DNA from: an uncultured Eubacteriales bacterium
Lineage (GTDB): Bacteria > Bacillota > Clostridia > Oscillospirales > CAG-272
NCBI GenBank assembly: GCA_934525675.1
Contig: CAKSZH010000001.1
Coordinates: forward strand, 138,405 to 202,404
Direction of reading: 5' to 3'
Length of the DNA: 64,000 bases
Every line of letters begins with the position of its first letter. The first letter of the stretch is position 1. This document shows positions 9,342-19,619 of the stretch, in pieces. A program made the translations under genes and the position numbers. A model generated the notes under the pieces. That model ran no database searches and was not told where the DNA came from. It was given only the letters and a program-made list of their open reading frames with translations.

Positions 9342-10061
9342 ATGCGGGATTCTTTGCTTGATCTGTTCCGACGTTGCCTTACGGCGAAGTATATCCATAC
9401 GACGGGCGACGGGGACTATTGTGTGGAGACCGAGGGGAGAACGCTGTATCTGCTGTTTGAATGGTCGGACGGGAGAATCGACTGGAAAAACAATCTGGAT
9501 TTCCCCGCAACGCCTTACAAAAATCAGGCGCGGGGGGAAAAGTGGTACTGCCACCGCGGATTTCTGCGTGCCTGGAAGGGAATCCGCGATGAGGTGACGG
9601 ACTCGGTCGCCTCGGAATTGCTACGCCACCCGGCAACCCGGGAGATCGTCGCGGTCGGGTACTCCCACGGCGCGGCGCTTTCGCTGTTTGCAACGGAGGA
9701 TCTGGTCTATCACTTCGGGGCGCTGCGCGTCCGCGGATACGGCTTCGGGTGCCCGCGCGTGGTGTTCGGGAAACTGCCGGATACGGTCGCAAAGCGCTTC
9801 TGTACCTTCACGGTGATACGCAATGTTCCCGACCTTGTAACCCACGTCCCGCCCGCGCTGTTCGGGTTCCGCCACGTCGGCAGAATCACGGAGATCGGAA
9901 AAGGGAACGGATACCGCCCCATCGACGCGCATACGCCGGAAGCATATATCCGTTCCCTGACACAGTTGCGGAACGGGACCGGGGAACCGCCCCGCGAAGG
10001 GGTCAGTCCCGCGTCCCGGGCGGTCTGCGTTCCCGGGGGTCAAAGCTTTAAGAGGAAGTAA
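9342..10061 (+). CDS. class 3 lipase family protein
   Basis: CHRGFLRAW followed by the GxSxG elbow VAVGYSHGAALS. RBS GGAGGA. The 3' end overlaps the convergent permease gene by 22 nt. Confidence 0.75.
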   Translation: MRDSLLDLFRRCLTAKYIHTTGDGDYCVETEGRTLYLLFEWSDGRIDWKNNLDFPATPYKNQARGEKWYCHRGFLRAWKGIRDEVTDSVASELLRHPATREIVAVGYSHGAALSLFATEDLVYHFGALRVRGYGFGCPRVVFGKLPDTVAKRFCTFTVIRNVPDLVTHVPPALFGFRHVGRITEIGKGNGYRPIDAHTPEAYIRSLTQLRNGTGEPPREGVSPASRAVCVPGGQSFKRK

Positions 10062-11209
10062 CAGAACGCTGTGAGAATGAGGAGAAAGGCAAAGTTGAAA
10101 AGCGAGAAGAGACCGACATAATACCCGGCCTTTTCCGGGTTGTGGCTGGTGTATTCCCGGAAGGTGATCAGGCTTGCAAGCGAGGCGATGAGGGTCCCCG
10201 TTCCGCCGATATTGACGCCGTAAAGCAGAGCGCGGTAATCGTGTGTGAAGCGGGAGAGCAGGATGGCAGTCGGCACGTTGCTGATGAACTGGCAGGAACC
10301 AACCGAAACAAACAGAACGCTTTTGTTCAGCATCTCGGTGAAAAAGTCGTGTACCGCGCCGAGCCGCGAAATGTTCCCCGCAAACAGAAAGAAGCAGACG
10401 AAGGTACCGAGCAGGCAGTAGTCTACCTGCAACAGCGCCCGTCGGTCGAGAAAAAGCAGAGAAAGCGGAATGACGATAAGTCCGATCCAATACGGGATCA
10501 GGCGGAACACGATAACGATGGAGAAGGCAAACAGAAGCAGGTATACGACCGTCCGTGTCCGCGGCAGGGTGTAGGGAAATTCCTCCGTGACGGCAATCGG
10601 TTCTTTTTTGACGAAGAGGAGACAGATCGCGGTGATCAGGGCAACCGACAGAAGAAACGGAAAGATCATGATGGAGAGAAATTCCCCGGTCGGAATGGAG
10701 AAGCGGGAATAGAGGTAAAGGTTCTGCGGGTTGCCGAACGGCGTGAGCATTCCGCCGAGGTTGGCGGCAATGTTCTGCATGATGAAGGTGAACGCCATGT
10801 ACTTTTCTTTGCCCGTCGAGGTCAAAACAAAGTAACCGAGCGGCAGGAAGGTGAGAAGCGCCATGTCGTTGGCGATCAGCATGGAGCCGAGGAAGGTGAT
10901 GTACACGAGAGAAAGCACCGCGGAACGCGTCGAGCCGGTCATTTTGACGATCTTTCGCGCAAGGATGGTGAAAAAGCGGATGTTTTTGAGCGCACAGACG
11001 ACCGCAAGCGTGCAGAACAGACAGGTGAGCGTGCGGAAATCGAAATAGGAAAGGTACTCTCCGTCGGGCGGCACCAGGAACGCGGAGACGACCGCAAGCA
11101 CAAGGGCAATGCAGAAGACGGTGTTCTTACGGACAAAGCCGAGGACCAGAGAGAGGAATCTTGCAGGACCGTGCGAGGATTTTTTTGGAAAAATTACTTG
11201 GGCATTCAT
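10040..11209 (-). CDS. ArsB/NhaD-superfamily (citrate-transporter-like) permease
   Basis: Polytopic membrane protein with LGSMLIANDMALLTFLP and ANLGGMLTPFGNPQNL motifs. Start is uncertain: ATG at 11209 is preferred, and the track start at 11356 is a TTG. Confidence 0.7.
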   Translation of the reverse strand: MNAQVIFPKKSSHGPARFLSLVLGFVRKNTVFCIALVLAVVSAFLVPPDGEYLSYFDFRTLTCLFCTLAVVCALKNIRFFTILARKIVKMTGSTRSAVLSLVYITFLGSMLIANDMALLTFLPLGYFVLTSTGKEKYMAFTFIMQNIAANLGGMLTPFGNPQNLYLYSRFSIPTGEFLSIMIFPFLLSVALITAICLLFVKKEPIAVTEEFPYTLPRTRTVVYLLLFAFSIVIVFRLIPYWIGLIVIPLSLLFLDRRALLQVDYCLLGTFVCFFLFAGNISRLGAVHDFFTEMLNKSVLFVSVGSCQFISNVPTAILLSRFTHDYRALLYGVNIGGTGTLIASLASLITFREYTSHNPEKAGYYVGLFSLFNFAFLLILTAFCYFLLKL

Positions 11210-11370
11210 TGGTATGGAAATCACTTTCTGCGGCGATTTTGCCGCGTTGTCGGTCAGAATGGAGCCGACCGCTTTGGTACGTGGAGCGGTCGGATAAAGA
11301 GACGTTCGGAGAAAAACACCGGGGAATCGTTTCGTGGTGCCGGTCAGAAAAAGCAAAAATGCCGGTGCCC

Positions 11371-14300
11371 TCAGAACCGTATTTCCACGGATCTTCCGAG
11401 CGGGATGGAGTAAATTATAGTTTTTTCCGGCAAGGCTCCGTACAGATGCCGGACGGCGCGGCGGTACACCGAAAGCTGATGTGCGTGGCGTTCGGTGAAG
11501 AACGCGCAGATCCGTTCCGGGTCATTCCGTATTGCATCGGGCACGCGGTCGGTTTTGTAATCCGCGAGGACAAGAGAACCGTCGGGCATGGTGAGGAGCA
11601 GGTCAATGGAGCCCTGCACATGAAGCAGTCGGTTGCCAAGCGCAACTTTCAGCTGTACCCCTTCCGTGAATTCCGCATAGGGCAGAAACAGACTGAATTG
11701 TACCTCGCGTTCGGCTTTTTCCGCTTTCCTGATGAGTCGGAACAGGTCGCTTGTGAGGAATTTTGCGAGTGCCTCCCGGTCGGCGATTTCCGCCGTCCGC
11801 GGGGTGATGAACTTTTCCCGGACAAGCCGGTCAAATTCGGATTCGATGCCGTCCGCCACGAGGCGGCGGTAGTCACAGAATTGCAGGAACTCATGCGCCG
11901 CGGTACCGCGGTCGGTGGCGAGCACCGCCTTGCCTTCACCGAGCAGGGAGGCAAAGGATTTCGAGGAGGTGCGGAGCAGCTCCAGTCTGGCGCGGATTTC
12001 CCCTCCGTCTCCTCCGTTCTCGTCCGCCAGTAATCTGTCGGCAAGCCCCGGGGTGACTTTGCTTGCGGCGATCTTGGCGGGCAGCAGTCGGATTTTTTGA
12101 TCGAGCATCGCCTCGCGGGAGCTATCGGGCAGGGGGGGTGCCATTTTACCGGGGATAGCGGACAAAGAACCCGTTGTTTCGCCGGAAATACCGGGCGGGG
12201 AATCCGTTGTTTCATCCGGGTCTCCGGACCGGAGACCTTCTGTGTTTTCCGGTGTATTCATGTTCTTGGCTCCGGCGGCAGATTCATCGCTGGCAGCGAA
12301 AGCCGTGTCTTTCGTGGAATCTGCGTCGCCCCGTGCAACCGTATCATGGATGACAGCGGAAACCTCATCCCGGGCAAAACCCGTGTCAGACCCGGCGGAA
12401 GCTTCACCGGGAACCGCGCTCTCCCCGACGGATGCCGCATCGGTGTCCGATATCCCGCCGGAAGTCTTGCCGGGAACCCCGCCGGAAACCGCGTTCAGCG
12501 CTGTACCTGCGTCAAAAATCAGCTCCTCCGCTGTTTGCGGGCGGAGGACGGGGTCACAGTGCGCGAGCGCCATGGAGATCCATTCCGCGAAGGACTGCGC
12601 GTGGCGGACGGTGTAGGCATCCTCCGGATCCGCCAGTCCGGCTCTTTCAAGGAATGTGTCAACGTCCCGTGTCCGGACGGTCGCGGAAACATAGAGTCGT
12701 TCCCTTGCGCGCGTGAGCGCCACATACAGAATACGCATCTCCTCTTCCACGGTGTCTCTTCTGTAACCAAAGATCGCGCAGTCGCGGAGCAGGGTGGAAC
12801 GCTTGGCAAGCGTCTCATGGTCGGACAGGCGGCAGGTTACGCCGATGCGTCTGTGAAAGAGCATCTCCTCCTTGATGTCCGGCATGGTGAAGCCGGAGCC
12901 GCACCGCGCAAGAAAGCAGACCGGGAATTCGAGTCCCTTGGAGGAGTGTATCGTCATCATGGTAACGGCATCCGCCTCGGCGTTCCCCGCGCGGAAGGAC
13001 AGCTTGCCGTCCGCGACGGCGGTGCGGAAGAAACCGAGGAACTGGTAAAGCCCCGTGGAAATGCTGCTCTGGTAATGCCGCGCCGTGTCGTATGCGCAAA
13101 GAAAGGCATCGCTGTCCGCCATTCCAAAGAGCAGCGGGTCGCGGTACAGTTCGCGGAGGAATCGGTCGGCGGGAAGTCCCAGCGACAGCCGACGGTAAGA
13201 GGCAAGCCACGAAACAAATCCTCGTGCGTGTTCCGCCGCGCCGCCTGTGGAATGATCCGCCGCTTCGCACATGGCGTCGAACAGGGAAGCACCTTCGCTT
13301 GCCGCAAGATGAAACCCGAGCAGGTCGTCCGTGGTAAACCCGAACACGGGATGGAGCAGGGTCTCATAGAGCGGCACGTCCGACTGCGGGTTGTCGATCA
13401 CGGCAAGCAGGTTCAGAAGAAACTTCATTTCCGGTGACGAGGAAAGCCCGCTTCCGCCGGAAAACGTGGTGGCGATGCCGCGCCGGGAAAGCTCACGGTC
13501 AATCTCGTAGAGCGGTGTGTTCCGGCGGCTGAGGATCGCAATATCGGAGGCGCGGATGGGGGATCCGTCCGCTTTTTGCCCGTCCCGGAGGAGCGCGGCT
13601 ACCGTGTCCGCAATCCATGCGGTTTCGGTGAGGATTCCCGCGTCGGGGGAGGCGGTGGAACCGTCCGTGCCGTCATTTATTTCGCCCGGGACGCCGGACG
13701 CTCCGGTTCCCGCCCCGACGACCATATCCGGCACGTCGGAGGAATCACCGGGTTCCGGATCCGATCCGCCATTTCCGTCCTCTCCGTCGCTTGTCCCCGC
13801 GCCGCAGAAGTAGGCAACGGTGACTCTGGGGGAGACATATTCCTCCGACGGATCCGGCTTGCTCTTCTTCAGATCATCCTCCGGACGGTACCCGACGCTT
13901 TCCCGACAGACCGAAAAGAGCGGGCGGCAGACCGTGTTGGAGAATTCGATGATGTTTTTGTCACAGCGGAAGTTGTCGGACATGAAGATGCTGTTGGCTG
14001 CCGCCTCTTCCGCTCCGGCGGTGCCGTAAGCGGGGAAGCGGCGGCGGTACTCCGCGAACAGCGAGGGATCGGAGCCGCGGAAGGCATAAATGCACTGCTT
14101 GATGTCGCCGACCATAAACCGATGGTCCCCTCCGATGAAGGAGAAAATCAGGTCCTGCATTTCGTTGACGTCCTGGTATTCGTCGATGTACACCTCGTCG
14201 TAGTTGCCCGCGAGCGAGGCGGCGAGGTCGGACGGATGGGTGCCGTCGGCAGTCAGAAGCGCCAGCATATTCCGCGTGATGTCGGTGAAATCGGCAATGC

Positions 14301-15381
14301 CGCGGGTGCGCTTCTCGGCGCCGAGGCGAACATCATACTCCGAGAGAAGCTCGTAGAGCATGGTGCAGAAACCGGCGGTGGCGCGGAACTGCTCCGGAAT
14401 GTCCTCCGGCGGAGTATAGAAATACTTTTTTCCAAGCCCCGTGATGGCTTTGCGGTAGATCTTGTGTTCCTCGTGCACGCGGATGCCGACCTCGGTCTTC
14501 GCGTCCTTTTTCACGGACAGCCTGCCGGGGGGCGGCGCGGTGTTCGCGGCAAGATATGCCGATGCGTACCCCTCGTCCAGCCCCTGGAGGATTGCACGGA
14601 GATATTCTTCTTCCGAAGACAGCAGCGGAAAGAATCCGGCGACATAGGCGTCGTTGTCCCCGAGCAATTCCTTCGCGCGGGAGAGTTTTCCGAGGTAACA
14701 GCCGATCTCCTCCCGCACGCATTCCGAGAACAGTTTTCCCGCCGCCGTCGAAAAGAAATCCATTTCCGCGTCGTGCGTATAGGTATCCGCGTACCCGGAA
14801 AGCAGGCGGATCCCCTCCGGCTGATTGCGGACGGTGTCGTAAAAATCAATCAGAAGATCATAGGGAAATCCGGTTGCTCCCGCCGTCATGAGGTCATCCG
14901 CAAACGCGGAGAAGCGGTTACTTTCCTCGCCATTACCGTAACGTCCATAGAATTCCGTTACGGTATCTTCAAGAATCTGCCGCTTGAGGGGGAGCATTTC
15001 CGCCTCGTCCGCAATGCGGAAGGAGGCGGGGAGACCGAGCCGTTCAAAATGCTCGCGGACGGGCCCCATGCAAAAAGAGTCGATGGTCTGGATGTCGGCG
15101 CTGCCGAGCGCGACCAGTTGCTTTGCCAGATGCCCGTTCTCCGGATGCTCCGCAATTGCCGCGGACAGTGCATCGGAAATTCTTGCGCGCAGCTCCGCCG
15201 CGGCGGAGCGGGTGAAAGTGACGATGAGCATTCTGGTAATGTCCGCGCCCTCGGTGACGCGGCGGATGATGCGTTCGGTCAGCGTCGCGGTTTTACCGGA
15301 GCCAGCCGCTGCGGAGACAAGAAGCGTTTTGCCCGTGACCGACATGGCGGCGGTCTGTTCCGGGGTCCAGTTTCTCGGCAT
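11371..15381 (-). CDS. addA: helicase-exonuclease AddAB, subunit A
   Basis: Walker A AAAGSGKTATL, DEYQDVN and TIHSSKGLEFPV motifs. C-terminal RecB-type nuclease (GSIDLLL...LADYKTD). Start at ATG 15381 with RBS AAAGGAGA. Carries two low-complexity insertions. Confidence 0.9.
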   Translation of the reverse strand: MPRNWTPEQTAAMSVTGKTLLVSAAAGSGKTATLTERIIRRVTEGADITRMLIVTFTRSAAAELRARISDALSAAIAEHPENGHLAKQLVALGSADIQTIDSFCMGPVREHFERLGLPASFRIADEAEMLPLKRQILEDTVTEFYGRYGNGEESNRFSAFADDLMTAGATGFPYDLLIDFYDTVRNQPEGIRLLSGYADTYTHDAEMDFFSTAAGKLFSECVREEIGCYLGKLSRAKELLGDNDAYVAGFFPLLSSEEEYLRAILQGLDEGYASAYLAANTAPPPGRLSVKKDAKTEVGIRVHEEHKIYRKAITGLGKKYFYTPPEDIPEQFRATAGFCTMLYELLSEYDVRLGAEKRTRGIADFTDITRNMLALLTADGTHPSDLAASLAGNYDEVYIDEYQDVNEMQDLIFSFIGGDHRFMVGDIKQCIYAFRGSDPSLFAEYRRRFPAYGTAGAEEAAANSIFMSDNFRCDKNIIEFSNTVCRPLFSVCRESVGYRPEDDLKKSKPDPSEEYVSPRVTVAYFCGAGTSDGEDGNGGSDPEPGDSSDVPDMVVGAGTGASGVPGEINDGTDGSTASPDAGILTETAWIADTVAALLRDGQKADGSPIRASDIAILSRRNTPLYEIDRELSRRGIATTFSGGSGLSSSPEMKFLLNLLAVIDNPQSDVPLYETLLHPVFGFTTDDLLGFHLAASEGASLFDAMCEAADHSTGGAAEHARGFVSWLASYRRLSLGLPADRFLRELYRDPLLFGMADSDAFLCAYDTARHYQSSISTGLYQFLGFFRTAVADGKLSFRAGNAEADAVTMMTIHSSKGLEFPVCFLARCGSGFTMPDIKEEMLFHRRIGVTCRLSDHETLAKRSTLLRDCAIFGYRRDTVEEEMRILYVALTRARERLYVSATVRTRDVDTFLERAGLADPEDAYTVRHAQSFAEWISMALAHCDPVLRPQTAEELIFDAGTALNAVSGGVPGKTSGGISDTDAASVGESAVPGEASAGSDTGFARDEVSAVIHDTVARGDADSTKDTAFAASDESAAGAKNMNTPENTEGLRSGDPDETTDSPPGISGETTGSLSAIPGKMAPPLPDSSREAMLDQKIRLLPAKIAASKVTPGLADRLLADENGGDGGEIRARLELLRTSSKSFASLLGEGKAVLATDRGTAAHEFLQFCDYRRLVADGIESEFDRLVREKFITPRTAEIADREALAKFLTSDLFRLIRKAEKAEREVQFSLFLPYAEFTEGVQLKVALGNRLLHVQGSIDLLLTMPDGSLVLADYKTDRVPDAIRNDPERICAFFTERHAHQLSVYRRAVRHLYGALPEKTIIYSIPLGRSVEIRF

Positions 15382-15400
15382 AGTGATTGTCTCCTTTCTC

Positions 15401-18400
15401 TTAAAAACCGCCCTTGACTGCAACGGGGCAGGCGTCGGCAAGCAAACAGAATTTGCAGGATTTTGCGGACGGGGTCTTGCTTGCGTCGCCGGAAAACAGG
15501 CGATCCGCCGAGGAGAGCAGAGAATCCCCGATCTCGTCGCCGAGCCGGTCGAAATCGGCGCTTTCCATGGCGTTTCCGGAATAGGTGCCGTCCTTTTTCT
15601 CTGTGACCCCGCAAAGGAACGCGCTGTTCATCTCATCGTTCATGGCATGGAGCAGTTCGGGGTCCATAACGACAAGTCCGCTGCGTTCGGGGCGGGGGAC
15701 CTGTCCCTCGCGGTTCATGTACAGGTAAAACGCGCCTGCGGGGAGCAGTTCCGCCCCCTCTGGCAGATCCCCGAACCACGCGGAGTCCTTGCCGCGGCAG
15801 AGCGTGAAGAGGTAGAGAAGCAGCTGCAGGTCGCGCCCCTCCTTTACGTCCTTCATGGAAAACGTGTGGTTTCCGGACTTGTAATCCACCACGCGCAGAT
15901 AGATCTGCCCCTCGCGGCGGAACACGTCCACGCGGTCCACCGTGCCGCCGAGGCGCAGTTTCTTACCTGCGTTTCTGCCGGACGCAATGGTCAGGTCAAG
16001 CGGCGGAATGTCCGCGTCGCCGTCGCCGATTTTCTTTTCGAAAAACGCGGGAACAAACTCCGAATGACGGAGCTCCTCCGTGACGCTTGCCGCCATGAGC
16101 CGCGCGGCGGCAAGGTATCTGCGGAAAAGGTGGGTGTGAAGCTCGTCCGGTGATGCGTCCAGCTCCGGGTAACTCTCCCGGATGCAGTCGCGGGCAGCCT
16201 GTGCCACACGCCGCTCTCTTTCTGCGTCGTCCGGAAGACGGAAGATCCCGTCCTCTCCGATACAACCGCGCAGGTAGTGCTCGAGAACAAAGTGCAGGAA
16301 GTTGCCCGCGTCAAGACTGCCGAACACCGCCGGCTGTGCGAGCCGGAGACGCATGATATAGGTCGACCAGTAGCTGTGCGGGCAGGAGTTGAAGCGTTGC
16401 AGGTTGGTCGGCGAGAAGCGGAGCGTGTTTCCGAGAATGCCGTCCGCAAGCTCCGGGGAAACCGTGTATCCGGCAGATTGCGGGTGGCTGACGGCGGGAG
16501 CCAGCTTGTATTCCGTGACGCCGAGGTAGGGAAAAAGATACCTGACCCGCGCAAACGCGATGGAGGGCGTAAGTGCTTTTCCGTCCGCCGCGGCGGTGGG
16601 CGCCGACAGGATGAGCTTTTCCTTCGGCTTGGTGAAGGCTCTGCGGATGTAATACAGCTCGTTTGCGGACATTTTATCCCTGCGGGTGCCGAAGCGTACT
16701 CCGAGCTCGTCGAGCTTTGCTTTTTCCGCGTCGCCGAGCAGTCCCGCGGATTTCACGGGCGCGGGGAAAGCCCCCTCGGTCAGTCCGAGCACCAGTGCCG
16801 CCCGGAGGTTTTCCACGCGGAGCGTGTCCGCCGCGCCGATGATGACGCAGTCCTGAATTTCCGGAACTGCGCCGATGTCGGAGGCGGATAGCAGGAGCGA
16901 GATGGCAGAAGTGAATTCCTCGGTGTTCATTTCGGCGTCGGGGAGAACGTCCGCAAGGCGCGTGAGTGCGCCGACCACTGCATCAAACAGGCGCACCGTG
17001 TCGCCCGCCTCGCGGATCTCACCGAGTGACAGCTCGGTCTCCGCCAGCGAAAGCAGACGGTCGGTCAGTCCCGCTTCCAGAAGATAGTCGTAAAGCACCG
17101 CGCATTTGTTCGCGAGTGTTCCGGCGGCGCGCAGTCCCGTCCCCAGCTTTTCCAGAGGGGGGATCAGCGTCGCACGGACGCGGTTTGCGCTCTCGAGAAT
17201 TTCTTTCCCGCGCTTGGTAAGGCGCGTGGTATATCCGTCGGGATTGCGGTTCCAGACCGGTTCCGTAAAGGTCTTTCCGGTGATGTTCCAGACTCCGCAG
17301 TATTCTTCAAACAGGTCAAGATCGCGTTCTCCGAGTCCCGTCAGACCGGTTTTGGCAAGCGTCATCACGTCCTCGCGCCGAAAACCTCTGCCTGCCGCAC
17401 GGAGGGAGGACAGGATAAATCTTGCGGGCGGTTCGGAGGAAAGCTCGCGCTTCTCGGACAGAAAGCAGGGAATTCCGTAACGGTCAAACACGCTGTCGAT
17501 GAGCCCCCGGTAATCCTCTGTGTCCCGGACGATTACTGCGATCTCGCCGAAGTGCATCCCCTCCTCGTGAAGCGCGAGGATACGCTTCGCGGCAAGTTCC
17601 GCCTCCGCGTAAGGTCCTGCAGGGGCGTACAATTCAATTGCGCCCCGTTTGTCTTCTGCCGGAAGCGGAAGATTTTCTCTGCGGAGTCCCATGTCAAAGA
17701 GATGCTTGCCGATAAGATGAAGTTCTTCCGATTGCGTGCGGTGGTTACCCTTCAGCAGTTCGGTTTCACAGCCGCCCGCAAGCTCGTTTCCCATCGCAAA
17801 CAGCCGCGCGGCGGTCGTGGCAACGGCAAGCGTTTCGGGGGAGTGGTCGGAAAGCCCCATGCAGTCCAGCGTTACCGTAACGTGTTCCGCCTGCCGCAGC
17901 ATTTCGCCGAGCACCGCGTATTCGCCCTCGGTGAAGTCGGTGAAGGAATCGAGATAGACCCGGCTTCCGCGGAAAAAGGGACAGGTACGGAGTACCCGCC
18001 CGAGGCGGAAGAGCCGGTCGGCGCTGTTGCCGCCGAAGCGCTCGGTCACCAGCCCGTCATAAGCGGCGGTGATGAGCGAAAGGTCCAGGAGCTTTGTCCG
18101 GAGCGGGTCGTCCTCCGGCAGTTTTCCCGCTGCCCCCTCAAGCGCCGCAGGAGATACTCCTCCCGCGTGCATTTCGTCGGAGACAGACAGCATCAGAGCG
18201 GTCAGGCTCTGGTCGGGACGGTCGCCCGGACGGTATTCGGAGAGGAGCGGGGAAAGCTCTCTTAGGTTCTGCCACATGAAAAGGGTACGGAGCCCTTCAT
18301 CCGGATCCGTTTCCGTCAGCCCGCCCGTCTCGCGGAATACAAGCTCCGCAAGCCGCCGGAAGCCGACGATCTTCAGAATTCTTCCCGCGGAACCGGGGAG

Positions 18401-18550
18401 AACGGGGAGCAGTTCCTGTTCGTAGAAATACACCTGCTGTTCGGGAACGATGAGAAACGCACGCTGTCCCGCTTCCATGTCGCGGCGGATGCGTTCCCGG
18501 AGCACGTAGGATTTACCGCTCCCGGACGGACCGCAGATCAGCTTCAGCAT
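15401..18550 (-). CDS. addB: helicase-exonuclease AddAB, subunit B
   Basis: GPSGSGKS P-loop at the N-terminus. C-terminal nuclease (VVDYKSG) and a Cys cluster (CKFCLLADACP). Lies immediately upstream of addA. Confidence 0.9.
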   Translation of the reverse strand: MLKLICGPSGSGKSYVLRERIRRDMEAGQRAFLIVPEQQVYFYEQELLPVLPGSAGRILKIVGFRRLAELVFRETGGLTETDPDEGLRTLFMWQNLRELSPLLSEYRPGDRPDQSLTALMLSVSDEMHAGGVSPAALEGAAGKLPEDDPLRTKLLDLSLITAAYDGLVTERFGGNSADRLFRLGRVLRTCPFFRGSRVYLDSFTDFTEGEYAVLGEMLRQAEHVTVTLDCMGLSDHSPETLAVATTAARLFAMGNELAGGCETELLKGNHRTQSEELHLIGKHLFDMGLRRENLPLPAEDKRGAIELYAPAGPYAEAELAAKRILALHEEGMHFGEIAVIVRDTEDYRGLIDSVFDRYGIPCFLSEKRELSSEPPARFILSSLRAAGRGFRREDVMTLAKTGLTGLGERDLDLFEEYCGVWNITGKTFTEPVWNRNPDGYTTRLTKRGKEILESANRVRATLIPPLEKLGTGLRAAGTLANKCAVLYDYLLEAGLTDRLLSLAETELSLGEIREAGDTVRLFDAVVGALTRLADVLPDAEMNTEEFTSAISLLLSASDIGAVPEIQDCVIIGAADTLRVENLRAALVLGLTEGAFPAPVKSAGLLGDAEKAKLDELGVRFGTRRDKMSANELYYIRRAFTKPKEKLILSAPTAAADGKALTPSIAFARVRYLFPYLGVTEYKLAPAVSHPQSAGYTVSPELADGILGNTLRFSPTNLQRFNSCPHSYWSTYIMRLRLAQPAVFGSLDAGNFLHFVLEHYLRGCIGEDGIFRLPDDAERERRVAQAARDCIRESYPELDASPDELHTHLFRRYLAAARLMAASVTEELRHSEFVPAFFEKKIGDGDADIPPLDLTIASGRNAGKKLRLGGTVDRVDVFRREGQIYLRVVDYKSGNHTFSMKDVKEGRDLQLLLYLFTLCRGKDSAWFGDLPEGAELLPAGAFYLYMNREGQVPRPERSGLVVMDPELLHAMNDEMNSAFLCGVTEKKDGTYSGNAMESADFDRLGDEIGDSLLSSADRLFSGDASKTPSAKSCKFCLLADACPVAVKGGF

Positions 18551-19568
18551 GGCGTATGCTCCTTTCCGCCGCCGTCGGAAGAGGTTCCGCCCGCTGCGGC
18601 ATTTTTTCGTCCGTTACGGCAGTTTCTTCGTTCATCGCGGCGTCCTGCCTGCCCGCCACGGCAGTTTCTTCGTTCGTTCCGGCATCCCGCCTGCCCGCCG
18701 CGATGTTTTCTTCGCCCGTCGCGTTTTTGTCGGCATTTCCCGTGCCGCAGGCTTGCGCTCTTTCAAACAACATAAGATTGCGCAGGATCGTTGCCTTTCC
18801 GCGCCAGGCAAACGCTCGGTGGGAAAATGCGTCGTCCGGCATGGCGCGGACTTCTTCCGAGGTCAGATGGGTGATTGTGTCCGTGAGAAAATAGGGGATC
18901 GTCGTGTAAAGAGTCCCCGCGCGCCGCGCGGCGTCCGTGTACGGGCAGACCTCCTGACAACGGTCGCATCCCCAGACCGATCCGCCAAAGAGGAGAGCAT
19001 CCTCCTCCTCTTTTGTCAGTGTCCCTTTTTTCTGAGAGAGCGCGGACAGGCACTCCCCCTCGCCGCGCCCGAGATAGGAACAGGTTGCCGTACATCTGCC
19101 GCAGCCCATGCAGGTCCCCGGTTCCGCCGCGTGGCAATCGTAGCGGTAAGAGGTGATGATTTCGGCAAGAAACACAAAGGAGGAGTAGAGCCTTGTAATC
19201 AGCATCCGGTTTTTGCCGAGCACGCCGAGTCCGGAGACTGCGGCGGCATGAAGCTCGCTGATCGGGGAATGATCGCCGAACAGGGCGAAACGCTCGTCCG
19301 GATATTTTTCTCTCAGAATCGGCAAAAGTCTCTCCGACAGCTCTGTCAGATAGGCATGATAGTCCCGCGGGACGGCATAGGCGGAGAGATTGCGGCTTTT
19401 GTCCGCCGCAGGGGAGAGATACGGAATGGCGAAAAGGAACACGGTGCCGTCCGCAATTCCCGTGCGCTCCAGCAGATACGGACGTGTGATATGGCAATCG
19501 GCAAGCGGAACGGGGCAGACCAGACCGATTCCTTCTTTTGCAAGCAGTTCACTGATGACGTCAAGCAT
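18513..19568 (-). CDS. epoxyqueuosine reductase-like 4Fe-4S protein (QueG family)
   Basis: From MLDVISELL (ATG 19568, RBS GGGAGG). Ferredoxin motifs CMGCGRCTATC and CDRCQEVCP. The track ORF extending to 20480 is an upstream extension with no recognisable features. The repeat-containing C-terminal tail overlaps the addB start by 38 nt. Confidence 0.75.
   Translation of the reverse strand: MLDVISELLAKEGIGLVCPVPLADCHITRPYLLERTGIADGTVFLFAIPYLSPAADKSRNLSAYAVPRDYHAYLTELSERLLPILREKYPDERFALFGDHSPISELHAAAVSGLGVLGKNRMLITRLYSSFVFLAEIITSYRYDCHAAEPGTCMGCGRCTATCSYLGRGEGECLSALSQKKGTLTKEEEDALLFGGSVWGCDRCQEVCPYTDAARRAGTLYTTIPYFLTDTITHLTSEEVRAMPDDAFSHRAFAWRGKATILRNLMLFERAQACGTGNADKNATGEENIAAGRRDAGTNEETAVAGRQDAAMNEETAVTDEKMPQRAEPLPTAAERSIRHAEADLRSVRER
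18616..18699. repeat. two 42-bp in-frame tandem repeats in the QueG-like tail
   Basis: Units 18616-18657 and 18658-18699 are near-identical. On the minus strand they encode AGRQDAAMNEETAV / AGRRDAGTNEETAV. Confidence 0.85.
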
Positions 19569-19590
19569 ACTCCGCCTCCCACAAAAGGTG

Positions 19591-19619
19591 TTGAAATTTA
19601 TTGCCGTATGGTATATACT
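19591..19619 (+). promoter_or_regulatory. putative sigma-A promoter (long leader to the HtrA-like gene)
   Basis: TTGAAA, 17-nt spacer, TATACT. It would give a leader of about 265 nt before ATG 19886. The target gene is not certain. Confidence 0.4.
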
